This document shows, piece after piece, positions 44,864 through 53,965 of a stretch of DNA of 56,357 nt. The notes below the pieces were generated by a model, which worked only from the letters and a program-made list of their open reading frames with translations, ran no database searches and had not been told where the DNA came from. The translations under genes were made by a program, and so were the position numbers. How positions within the stretch are numbered: position 1 is the first letter of the stretch; each line of letters starts with the position of its first letter. The stretch covers positions 1 to 56,357 of the forward strand of contig LBZW01000006.1 in assembly GCA_000993955.1 (NCBI GenBank), written 5' to 3'. Source of the stretch: Candidatus Nomurabacteria bacterium GW2011_GWA2_40_9 (GTDB lineage: Bacteria; Patescibacteriota; Minisyncoccia; Phycocordibacterales; UBA9973).

Positions 44864-45585
44864 TCCCAAATTTTCCAAGGTGGACAATCTGATTGCCACA
44901 ATTTATTTAAATATTCCATATCTCGAACATTATCCATGCATTGCCAATATCCTTCATGTTTATAAGACAAAAGTTCACGATCATGAGATAATGTTTGAAG
45001 AGCACCAAACTCTAAATCACAATTTTCATCTTGAGTTAAACAATCTAAAAAACTCCTATTAAATACAAAAAAACCACCATTAATATATCCCGTTGTTAAT
45101 TGTGGTTTTTCTTCAAATTGGATAACAACATTATCCTTGATCATCATTTCTCCAAATCGAGAAGAAGGATGAACGGCAGTTACTGTCCCAATTTTTCCAT
45201 GTTTCAAATGAAATGTTTGTAAAGCATCGAGATCAACAGTACTCAAGCCATCACCATAGGTTAAATGAAAAAAATTACTTTGAATATAGGGTTCTACTCT
45301 TTTAATTCTCCCTCCTTTTAATGTATTTAACCCTGTATCTACACACACCACTTCCCAATCACTTTCATTAAAGTCGTATTGCTTTATGATATCTGCTTTA
45401 TACCCTAAGGCTAAAATAAATCTTTTAAAACCGAAACAAGAATAATATTTCATGACGTGCCATAAAAGAGGCTTCTCTCCTATTTCAACCATGGGCTTGG
45501 GTTTACTTTCAGTCTCCTCTTTTAAACGAGTCCCTTTGCCTCCACAGAGAATGACCACATCACTATTTTTTTTATCATTCAGCAT
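44860..45585 (-). CDS. rfbF: Glucose-1-phosphate cytidylyltransferase
   Basis: VVILCGGKGTRLKEETESKPKPMVEIGEKPLLWHVMKYY, GGRIKR, INGGFFVF and the C-terminal WQCMD...W motifs. Confidence 0.85.
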   Translation of the reverse strand: MLNDKKNSDVVILCGGKGTRLKEETESKPKPMVEIGEKPLLWHVMKYYSCFGFKRFILALGYKADIIKQYDFNESDWEVVCVDTGLNTLKGGRIKRVEPYIQSNFFHLTYGDGLSTVDLDALQTFHLKHGKIGTVTAVHPSSRFGEMMIKDNVVIQFEEKPQLTTGYINGGFFVFNRSFLDCLTQDENCDLEFGALQTLSHDRELLSYKHEGYWQCMDNVRDMEYLNKLWQSDCPPWKIWE

Positions 45586-45597
45586 TTAACATATTTT

Positions 45598-47424
45598 CTA
45601 ATATAGAATTTTGTAAATCACAAATCGGCTTTTAGGATATCTTTGATATGAATCATTAGAATTCTCAAAAGCTTTTATTAAAACCACCTTGTAATCTGTA
45701 ATGATTTTATTAAGCAAAGGGATCTGTTCATCTCTTACTCCCTCATTGTAATAAACATAAGTTGGCTGAAATTCTTTTATATAAGTTTTCATGTTCTTTA
45801 AAGGATCCGCATAATCTAAAAATTTTACACTTTTATACTCTGAAGCCAAATAAACACGCGTTAAATGATCTGAAACAATTTTTGCTTGATTCGGAATATT
45901 TTCTTGAAACCATTTTTGAATATCAAATACGATATCTTGATCTCGATGAAATTCATACATTCTAGACTTAATAACATGCCATCCATTAAAACCGATACTT
46001 CCTAAAATTAAGATTACAAATAATCCATTTAAAACATAACAATAACTTCTTTTAAGATTAGATGATCTTACTAATAGCTTCATTCCCTGAAAGCTTAAAA
46101 TCGACATCACTACAAAAAATGGAAGCATGTGAAGCCCCACCATTCGACCGCTTGAAAATAATAGAATGAGACATGGAATAAAAAACATAATAAGAACAAG
46201 GCGTTTATATAAAGGAACAGAAAGTCTTTTAGATTTAAACAGAGAAACTATTTCAACAATGAGATAAAGTAGAAATAGAATAAAAATAATAACATCCAAT
46301 TCTCTAACTTTTAAAATAAAATTTTTAACAAATAAAACTAAATTAAACGAATTGTTTTGCAACGCTGAATCATGAGCAAAAAAAATTGATCCATATCCTA
46401 CAAGGGTACTAATAAAATAACTCGGATTTAAAACCCATCTAAAACCAATTACCAGTGTAATTAATATAAATAAGCCCCCTATTAATAAGCCACAACAGCT
46501 TAGCTTAGCTAAATGATTGCGTAACATTTTATATGGGATCATAAAATAAACGAGTAGTGGAGAAAATATAAAACCAATAGCTACTAACATTATATATAAA
46601 GGAATCTTAAGTTTTATAAAACTTGTTATTAAACCATATTCTTCATAAAACGTATGCCCAGTAGAAATACGTTTATAAAAAATAATAGGAGCAAAAGAAA
46701 TAACTAATAATACCACCCCTATGATTATAGGAGTTAACCAAGACAATTGAGCTATGGATTTATATACTTTACCATCTGAAAAATAGAGGGCCACAACAAT
46801 AGCAGGCAATAAAAACAATCCTTCAATCTTAATAAGATAGGCAATAGAAGTAAAAATAATAGCACATAAAATATTTTTCCAAATAGGAGATTGAATAATT
46901 CTTAAAGTATAATTTAACCCTAAAATAATAAAGAAGAGCACTAAGGGTTCAGGTTTGGCATTATTTGTAAAATAAGCAAATGCCGGCCTAACCGCTAAAA
47001 GAAACATAGCAGCCATAGGTTGCCAAAAATCATCAAAGTGATAACGAATTAGACAAAGAAGAGCCCAAAAGGATAAAAGCCACCCAATAAAATGAAGCCA
47101 TCTTAATATTAAAATAAAAGTTCCCGGAGTAATATTTATAAAACATGACAATACATGGCGACTAATATCTGTTAAATAATGGAATTCTAATCCATAATCA
47201 AATGCTCCCTGATAGCTATCCCTAGTTTCACCACTATAATATTTCCAAAGAATATCCATAATGTAAGCTTCATCAGCATTAAAATAAGTAATAAGATTTG
47301 GATCCTTATAATTATTGTTAATGGTAGGAATTACTAATGTGCCACTAAATACATAAACAATGAATAAACATAAAAATAGACCTATTTTTTTGCTATACAT
47401 AAAAAGTGGGGATAAGGATACCAC
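45598..47424 (-). CDS. Polytopic GT-C-type membrane glycosyltransferase (ArnT/PMT_2-like)
   Basis: ~12 predicted TM segments, followed by a soluble C-terminal domain. N-terminal loop with DEAY. The start could be the internal ATG near 47400. Confidence 0.5.
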   Translation of the reverse strand: MVSLSPLFMYSKKIGLFLCLFIVYVFSGTLVIPTINNNYKDPNLITYFNADEAYIMDILWKYYSGETRDSYQGAFDYGLEFHYLTDISRHVLSCFINITPGTFILILRWLHFIGWLLSFWALLCLIRYHFDDFWQPMAAMFLLAVRPAFAYFTNNAKPEPLVLFFIILGLNYTLRIIQSPIWKNILCAIIFTSIAYLIKIEGLFLLPAIVVALYFSDGKVYKSIAQLSWLTPIIIGVVLLVISFAPIIFYKRISTGHTFYEEYGLITSFIKLKIPLYIMLVAIGFIFSPLLVYFMIPYKMLRNHLAKLSCCGLLIGGLFILITLVIGFRWVLNPSYFISTLVGYGSIFFAHDSALQNNSFNLVLFVKNFILKVRELDVIIFILFLLYLIVEIVSLFKSKRLSVPLYKRLVLIMFFIPCLILLFSSGRMVGLHMLPFFVVMSILSFQGMKLLVRSSNLKRSYCYVLNGLFVILILGSIGFNGWHVIKSRMYEFHRDQDIVFDIQKWFQENIPNQAKIVSDHLTRVYLASEYKSVKFLDYADPLKNMKTYIKEFQPTYVYYNEGVRDEQIPLLNKIITDYKVVLIKAFENSNDSYQRYPKSRFVIYKILY

Positions 47425-48032
47425 CGATCAATTCTTTCTATCCGAATTTCTTTAAACCCAATATGGCTTAATATATTAATCAAATAATTCTCTGTTAGCC
47501 AAAAAAACTTCTGCCCATACGTTATATGCAATACTCTCACAGAAATAAATTCTTGCATGTAATTAAATAAAAATTTCCAATATGGTTCGGTAAGTACATC
47601 TTTAATAAAAAGTCCTCCTCCATCATTTAAACGCTGAAAACAATCTTGAAACAATTTCTTTTGTTCATCTTTAGATAAAAGATAAACTACATCTATTAAA
47701 GTAATACAATCGGTAGATATTTTTTGGTTACCATACTCTTTTAAATCAAGATATTTTATTTTTTTATTTTTTGAAGAACGCGCTAATTTTAATTTTCTAC
47801 CATCAATATCTACGCCCATTAATAGATCAATATTTTTTTGTTTCAATGCTAAAAAATTTAACCACAATCCACTTCCACACCCTACATCTATTAATGTTTT
47901 CATCTTTGGCAAAAAATATAAAATCTTATCGAATGGGCACACCAATAGTCTTACAAAAATATAAAAACGAAGCCATAAACTAGGTGAATTATATCGTTTT
48001 ATTAATTTAATATAAATTTTTAGATTTATCAT
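47382..48032 (-). CDS. Class I SAM-dependent methyltransferase
   Basis: Motif I LIDVGCGSGLWLNF and MGVDID. Confidence 0.7.
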   Translation of the reverse strand: MINLKIYIKLIKRYNSPSLWLRFYIFVRLLVCPFDKILYFLPKMKTLIDVGCGSGLWLNFLALKQKNIDLLMGVDIDGRKLKLARSSKNKKIKYLDLKEYGNQKISTDCITLIDVVYLLSKDEQKKLFQDCFQRLNDGGGLFIKDVLTEPYWKFLFNYMQEFISVRVLHITYGQKFFWLTENYLINILSHIGFKEIRIERIDRWYPYPHFLCIAKK

Positions 48033-48091
48033 AAAATCAATATTTAGTTTTCAATAATTCTATTTTGACCTGCCCCCAATATTTGTACCAA

Positions 48092-48922
48092 TTACAATAA
48101 ATTTTTTCGACAAATTATAGTCTGAAGAATACCGAACTTTCGAGGCAAAGAAAAAAAGATCCACATGGCGAACAAATAAAAGTTTTTTAGAATCAAATTA
48201 TTTGTTGGCAAATCAACAGCTTTTAATGGGTAATTGTGATTTCTTTGAATTATAATTTCAAAACCCTGATTTTCTAAAAGATTTTTCAGTGAGTGATTTG
48301 AGAAATGGTTCAAATGAGCCGGTTCATATAGACTATAAAAGGGTGTTTTCCAGCCAACGTGTTTAAGTATTTCCGCAATCTTATGAATAATGCTTTTTGT
48401 GTTATCCGTCATGACAATTAATAAACCACCAGGCTTCAAGAGCCGATTTAATTTCTTAGCAAATAGTGTAATATTATCAACGTGTTCAATGGCCGCCAGA
48501 CTACTCACAACATCAAATTGCATATCAATATTATCTTTTAAAAAATCGCCTTTTATAAAATTAATATCAGAATCATAATTTTGACTAAGATCCATCCCAT
48601 ATAATTTAAGATTAGATTTTTTTTCTTTAAGATATTTCAGTAAATCTCCTTTTCCGCATCCAATATCAGCTAATTTGATTTCTTTCTCTTTCCTTGAAAA
48701 GCGCTCAATATTTGTATGAATAAACTCAAATAACCAATAATTGGGATTATTAAACCAATTAGTATGTTTTTTTGTATAATAATCCTCAGAATACTGTAAC
48801 CGCCAATCTCCTGAAACAACATTAAAAGAATGGTCACAATTATTACAATGGTACATTTTTGAAGACTGATCTTTTAATGCAAGATGTGTATTGGTAAGAC
48901 AAATGGTACAAGCAATGTGCAT
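48092..48922 (-). CDS. Class I SAM-dependent methyltransferase with N-terminal zinc-ribbon-like CxxC...CxxC
   Basis: CTICLTN...CNNCDH, followed by motif I LADIGCGKGDLL, GMDL and LKPGGLLIV. Confidence 0.75.
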   Translation of the reverse strand: MHIACTICLTNTHLALKDQSSKMYHCNNCDHSFNVVSGDWRLQYSEDYYTKKHTNWFNNPNYWLFEFIHTNIERFSRKEKEIKLADIGCGKGDLLKYLKEKKSNLKLYGMDLSQNYDSDINFIKGDFLKDNIDMQFDVVSSLAAIEHVDNITLFAKKLNRLLKPGGLLIVMTDNTKSIIHKIAEILKHVGWKTPFYSLYEPAHLNHFSNHSLKNLLENQGFEIIIQRNHNYPLKAVDLPTNNLILKNFYLFAMWIFFSLPRKFGILQTIICRKNLL

Positions 48923-48928
48923 AAAAAT

Positions 48929-49684
48929 TTAATCTCTAACGCCTTTAATTTCTAAATGATTGATAATAGAAATATTATGTTTTTGAATAAGTGTTTTGAT
49001 ATCAGGATTTAAAAGAATATTATATTCCCTCTCCCAATTACACTTCCAATGATAACGCTTTTCCCATATCCCATATTTTTCTTTAAGTAAAACATTATTC
49101 TTTCCAGGATGAAAATTAATTTCCGAAATTCCCGGCCGAAGTTTTATGATAGTTTTTTTAAAATATTTAAAATCTATGCTGCCGCTGTTAAATGCCCCAT
49201 AAAAATAATCAGGACTTTGCATATTTTTATCTTTCGAAAAAATACTCAATTTTAAAAATCGTTCCATTATCACCTTTGAAAAATTTCCATAAAAATAATC
49301 AGAAAAAGGCACATTTAAAAATCTAACCTTAGTAAGATTGTGTTTTCTTAAAACCTCTTTTACTACCCTAAAAACGGGAGGAAATAAATGAATATGCCGA
49401 TGACTATCTACGTGTGTAGGGATTAAACCAATGAGAGATGGTATTTGGCTTACAGATGCTACAGGATTTTCACCATTTAATGTCAAATGGATTCCAACTC
49501 CTAATTTTTTATTTCTTTTGGCAATAGCAATGGCCTTCTCAAAGCTTTCTCCATTTACAACTAAAGAGGCACTGGTAAGAATACCATTTTGATGAGCATC
49601 TTCTACTGCCTCATTAATGGAATGATGAAGTCCAAAGTCATCAGCATTAACAATGAGCTTTCTAATCCCATTTGTATATTTCAT
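48929..49684 (-). CDS. YdjC/ChbG/HpnK-family carbohydrate deacetylase
   Basis: LIVNADDFGLHHSINEAV, GVGIHLTL and THVDSHRHIH motifs. Confidence 0.7.
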   Translation of the reverse strand: MKYTNGIRKLIVNADDFGLHHSINEAVEDAHQNGILTSASLVVNGESFEKAIAIAKRNKKLGVGIHLTLNGENPVASVSQIPSLIGLIPTHVDSHRHIHLFPPVFRVVKEVLRKHNLTKVRFLNVPFSDYFYGNFSKVIMERFLKLSIFSKDKNMQSPDYFYGAFNSGSIDFKYFKKTIIKLRPGISEINFHPGKNNVLLKEKYGIWEKRYHWKCNWEREYNILLNPDIKTLIQKHNISIINHLEIKGVRD

Positions 49685-50628
49685 AGGTTAAATGATTTTT
49701 CTTTAACAATAAAAACGGGCCGCCCTTTGGTCTGATCAAATATTCTACCTACATATTCACCTAAAATTCCAATGGCTATTAATTGCACACTTCCTAAAAA
49801 AAACACTGCTACCACCAACGTTGCCCATCCTGGAGGAAGAAGAATATCACTATTGAGAAAAAATTTTAAGGCCCAGGGATATAAAACATCATATACCATA
49901 TACATAAATGATATCAGAGCAATGGTTACACCCATTAAAGTAACCACATGTAAAGGATATCTTGAAAAAGAAAAAATACCATCTAAGGCCAAAAAAAATA
50001 GACTTTTATATGAATATTTGGCTTTTCCTTTATATCGTGGCTCGACATCAAAATTCAAACCTGTCTGTTTAAAACCAACCCAACTAATTTGACCTCTCAA
50101 AAATTTATGATATTCAGGAATATTCAAGATAATTTTCAATACAGCTTTATCAATTAATCTAAAGTCAGATTGTCCAAACTGAAGCTTCAAACCAGATAGT
50201 TTTGAAATTATCCAATAGGCACACTTAACTATAAAGTTTTTAATAAAAGGTAATTCAGCATTTTTTTTTGTAGTATAAACTACTTCATTACCCTGCTTCC
50301 ATAATTCAATCATTTTAGGAATTAAAACAGGTGGATGCTGCAAATCTGCATCCATTGTAATCACCGCATCTCCAGTACAATAACTCAGTCCTGCAAAAAG
50401 AGCATTTTGATGACCAAAATTTCGAGATAAAGATATATAAATAACACGATTATCCTGCTTTCTTAATGCTTTTATAATAGATAATGAATTATCTAAACTT
50501 CCATCATCTACAAAAATCATCTCATAATCGATGTTAATTGAAATTAAAGCTTCTTTAACCTGATTATATAGAAATTCTAAGTTGCCTTCTTCATTATATA
50601 CTGGGAAAACTATTGAAATCTTTGACAT
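49681..50628 (-). CDS. Polyprenyl-phosphate glycosyltransferase (GT2; ArnC/GtrB/CsbB-like)
   Basis: ISIVFPVYNEEGNL, FVDDGSLDNS and MDADLQHPP, plus two C-terminal TM helices ending in IGILGEYVGRIF. Confidence 0.8.
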   Translation of the reverse strand: MSKISIVFPVYNEEGNLEFLYNQVKEALISINIDYEMIFVDDGSLDNSLSIIKALRKQDNRVIYISLSRNFGHQNALFAGLSYCTGDAVITMDADLQHPPVLIPKMIELWKQGNEVVYTTKKNAELPFIKNFIVKCAYWIISKLSGLKLQFGQSDFRLIDKAVLKIILNIPEYHKFLRGQISWVGFKQTGLNFDVEPRYKGKAKYSYKSLFFLALDGIFSFSRYPLHVVTLMGVTIALISFMYMVYDVLYPWALKFFLNSDILLPPGWATLVVAVFFLGSVQLIAIGILGEYVGRIFDQTKGRPVFIVKEKSFNL

Positions 50629-50629
50629 A

Positions 50630-51721
50630 TTAAGAATATGTCAAGATTAAATCATTCTTTAAAATGTCTGTCAATTGAGCTAAATTTTGAAGATTTATCT
50701 GTACTAACTGCTTTCCCAGCAATCTAATTTCTGGAAAATCATCTAGTTGATCTAAAACAGTTTGAGATAATGTGGGCCAAACCATAACATCATATTTTTT
50801 CTGTAGATTTTTTAAAAGTGTATCCCGATTATGGAAAACTAAAAAAGAAAAATTAAAGGGAACTATACCTTGAGGTAAATTTGGCCATAAAATTTTTATA
50901 CCCCTTATATTACTTAATTCTTGTACTAAAAAAAGATACTGCTCTCGCTTCTGAGTAGCTATTTTTTGATAATCTTCTGCATCATATAAACTTAATTGAT
51001 ATTGCGCTAGCTTAGACATGGGGCGAAGATAGTCTTGAGAAAAATCATTGCCAATACAATCGCGAGAAGGCCAAAGAGGAACCTCTTTATCTCCATCAGA
51101 ATAGAGAGGCGGAGGAACCATTGTTTTAAATAGAGAAGGGATGTTTTTAATCCCTATTTTTGTTTTTAGAAATCTCAACATTGAAGATAGTTCTGTCATA
51201 TAAAACCACTGCGGTTTCTTTTGTTTAAAAGTCATCAAGTACTCTGGATTATTAATACGCACCATCCCCCCATCAATGATAGGAAGATTTTTTCTTAAGG
51301 AAAATATAGATATATCTCCAAAAGTTCCAAATTGCTTCCCTTGGTACGTTGAAAATAAAGAATACGCATTATCTTCTAATATAGGAATTCCCGTTGTCTT
51401 CCTTAACGAAAGTAATTCTTCCCAAGGCTGAGGGAAACCAAAATGATTAATAATATGAAGTAGTCTTGTTTTGGGTGTTATTCGTTTCTTTAGATCCTCT
51501 ATGTCCACTTCAAAAGTATATGGATTAGATCTAAAAAACTTTAAATTAAGCCCTAATACCCGAAACGGTTGTAAGGAGCCGTCACAATCAAAGGCAGGGG
51601 TTAAAACTTCATCGCCAGGTTCAAGTTTAAACGCTTGGACTGCTGCATAGATGGCATTTCTACCTAACGCAAAAAATGTACACTTTTGTGGATCATAAAT
51701 AGGCAAATGGCAAAGTGACAT
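50630..51721 (-). CDS. DegT/DnrJ/EryC1-like PLP-dependent aminotransferase-fold protein (divergent)
   Basis: FALGRNAIYAA, LEDNAYSL and the putative Lys region ISIFSLRKNLPIIDGGMV. Confidence 0.5.
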   Translation of the reverse strand: MSLCHLPIYDPQKCTFFALGRNAIYAAVQAFKLEPGDEVLTPAFDCDGSLQPFRVLGLNLKFFRSNPYTFEVDIEDLKKRITPKTRLLHIINHFGFPQPWEELLSLRKTTGIPILEDNAYSLFSTYQGKQFGTFGDISIFSLRKNLPIIDGGMVRINNPEYLMTFKQKKPQWFYMTELSSMLRFLKTKIGIKNIPSLFKTMVPPPLYSDGDKEVPLWPSRDCIGNDFSQDYLRPMSKLAQYQLSLYDAEDYQKIATQKREQYLFLVQELSNIRGIKILWPNLPQGIVPFNFSFLVFHNRDTLLKNLQKKYDVMVWPTLSQTVLDQLDDFPEIRLLGKQLVQINLQNLAQLTDILKNDLILTYS

Positions 51722-51723
51722 GA

Positions 51724-53028
51724 TTAAATTTTGATGATCTTATCTTTATGGCTTTTAACCCATCGAGTGGCGTTTCTGCAATCTACAACTACAGAGGAAA
51801 ATTCAACCACTTTTTCGTAATCAAAATAAGAATGGTCTGTCACAATAGCTATACAATCGTATTGGCTAAAGGTGGAATAATCTAAAGTAATAGATTTCAA
51901 TTCAACATGTTCATGATGTAGAAACGGACAATATTTGTCTTCATAAGACACCTGTGCTCCTTTTTGTCTCAATAATTCAATAATATCTAAAGCAGGTGAT
52001 TCTCTGACATCTCCCACATCTTTTTTATAAGCAATTCCTAAAACCAAAACTTTAGACCCATTGAGGGCCTTTTTAAATTTATTAAGAGCAAAAGCAATTT
52101 TATCCACCACAAGTTCTGGCATTTTAGAATTAATTTCTTGGGCTAGATCAATAAATTTTGGATTATAATTTAATTCTCGAAGCTTCCAGGACAGATAATG
52201 AGGGTCTACAGGAATACAATGCCCCCCTAACCCTGGACCTGGATAAAAGGGCAAAAATCCAAAAGGCTTTGAGGCTGCTGCATCAATAATTTCCCACACA
52301 TCTAAATTGAGTTTATCTGCCATTAAGGCAATTTCATTGACCAAACCAATATTGACCGCTCGAAATGTATTTTCGAGAAGCTTTACCATCTCTGCTGCTT
52401 GAGTAGATGACACAGGAATCACTTTATTAACAATGGTAGAATATAAAGAAACAGCCATTTCTGTACAATTAGATGTTATTCCCCCTACAATTTTAGGAGT
52501 ATTTTTAAGATTAAATTTTAGATTCCCTGGATCAATTCTTTCAGGAGAAAAGGCCAAGAAAAAATCCTTCCCAACTTTAAGTCCAGACTTTTCGAGTTCC
52601 GGCAACACAATCTCTTCTGTTGTTCCTGGATAGGTAGTGCTTTCTAAAACAACTAATTGCCCTTTTTTTAAATATTTTCCTATATTCTCTGCCGCAGAAA
52701 TAATAAAAGAAATATCGGGTTCTTTAGTTTTTCGAAGCGGAGTGGGCACACACACCGAAACCGTATCTACTTCCTTTAAAAGAGAAAAATCGCTGCTGAC
52801 TCTAAAGCGCTTAGTATTTAATGCTTTTAAAAGTTCTTCATTAGAAATATCAGTAACATAAGACTCTGCACGATTTAAACTTTTAACTTTATTTTCATTA
52901 ACATCTAACCCAATAACTTCAAAACCAGATTCCAAAAATTCCAGACACAAAGGCAACCCTACATACCCTAATCCCAAAATAGCAACTTTTGCTTTTCTTT
53001 CTTTTAATTTTTGGTTTAAATCCATCAT
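51724..53028 (-). CDS. UDP-N-acetyl-hexosamine/UDP-sugar 6-dehydrogenase (WbpA/TviB/WecC-like)
   Basis: VAILGLGYVGLPL, FSPERIDPG and catalytic GLGGHCIPVDP. ATG at 53028 (MMDLNQ...) is preferred to the extended track start. Confidence 0.85.
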   Translation of the reverse strand: MMDLNQKLKERKAKVAILGLGYVGLPLCLEFLESGFEVIGLDVNENKVKSLNRAESYVTDISNEELLKALNTKRFRVSSDFSLLKEVDTVSVCVPTPLRKTKEPDISFIISAAENIGKYLKKGQLVVLESTTYPGTTEEIVLPELEKSGLKVGKDFFLAFSPERIDPGNLKFNLKNTPKIVGGITSNCTEMAVSLYSTIVNKVIPVSSTQAAEMVKLLENTFRAVNIGLVNEIALMADKLNLDVWEIIDAAASKPFGFLPFYPGPGLGGHCIPVDPHYLSWKLRELNYNPKFIDLAQEINSKMPELVVDKIAFALNKFKKALNGSKVLVLGIAYKKDVGDVRESPALDIIELLRQKGAQVSYEDKYCPFLHHEHVELKSITLDYSTFSQYDCIAIVTDHSYFDYEKVVEFSSVVVDCRNATRWVKSHKDKIIKI

Positions 53029-53038
53029 TATTTTTCGA

Positions 53039-53965
53039 TCATAAATTTTGAAACCACGCAAGTGTTCTCTTTAGGCCCTCTTCAAATGAACAGGTAGGCT
53101 TATAACCCAGTTTTTCTTGAATAAGCTCAATAGAGGCCAAAGTATGCTTTACATCTCCTTTTTGAGGAGGTAAAAATATTGGTTTTATATTTTTATTTAA
53201 GAATTTATTTAATAATTCAATGACTTCTAATAAATTATGGTTTTCTCCCTTTCCTACATTAAAGCTTCCCACCACTTCTTGTTTTTCTATCGCTAGAATA
53301 TTAGCCAAAACCACATCATCAATATACGTAAAATCTCTGGATTGTGTTCCATCCCCATAAATAGGTGCCGATTCATTTTTTAAGATACAGGAAATAAACT
53401 TTGGAATCACAGGGCTATATCCGTCTTTTTCAGGCTGCCTGGGGCCAAAAACATTAAAATATCGAAGGCTCACCGTTGGCAAAGCATAATTCTTAGAAAA
53501 AACATAACAATATTCTTCTCCTGCTAATTTAGTTATCCCATAAGGAGAAATGGGCAAAGGCACATCTGTTTCTCTTTTAGGTAAAGAAACACTGTCTCCA
53601 TAAGCAGAACTTGATGAAGCATACACAAATTTTTTAATTTTATTTTTGACCGCTTCTTCTAAAAGAATCAGAGTTCCTTCAATATTAACTTTATTATACT
53701 CTTGAGGGCAGTTAAAAGATTCTGGTACTGTTTTTAATGCTGCTTGATGGAAAACATAATCCACACCATTCATCACTTCTTTAACCAGTGAACAATCTAC
53801 AATATTTCCTTCAATAATTTCGACCTTTTTTTCAACTTGGGCCAAATTACTTTTCTTACCAGAAGAAAAATTATCCAGCACTCGAACGTGAGCACCTTTT
53901 TTTACTAGCGCTTCTACCAGATGAGATCCAATGAATCCGGCTCCCCCAGTCACTAAACACTTCAT
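53039..53965 (-). CDS. NAD-dependent UDP-sugar 4-epimerase (WbpP/TviC-like SDR)
   Basis: CLVTGGAGFIGSHL, SSSSAYG and YGITKLAGE motifs. Confidence 0.8.
   Translation of the reverse strand: MKCLVTGGAGFIGSHLVEALVKKGAHVRVLDNFSSGKKSNLAQVEKKVEIIEGNIVDCSLVKEVMNGVDYVFHQAALKTVPESFNCPQEYNKVNIEGTLILLEEAVKNKIKKFVYASSSSAYGDSVSLPKRETDVPLPISPYGITKLAGEEYCYVFSKNYALPTVSLRYFNVFGPRQPEKDGYSPVIPKFISCILKNESAPIYGDGTQSRDFTYIDDVVLANILAIEKQEVVGSFNVGKGENHNLLEVIELLNKFLNKNIKPIFLPPQKGDVKHTLASIELIQEKLGYKPTCSFEEGLKRTLAWFQNL

Noticed and set aside
48929-49684. Possible in-frame internal deletion in the YdjC-family deacetylase. Only a few residues separate ...IPSLIG from LIPTHVDSHRHIH, whereas E. coli ChbG has about 45.
   Set aside because: The ORF is intact, of normal overall length (251 aa), and keeps the DD and HxDxHxH motifs. 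The spacing may be normal for an HpnK-like subgroup, and I cannot distinguish the two cases without an alignment.
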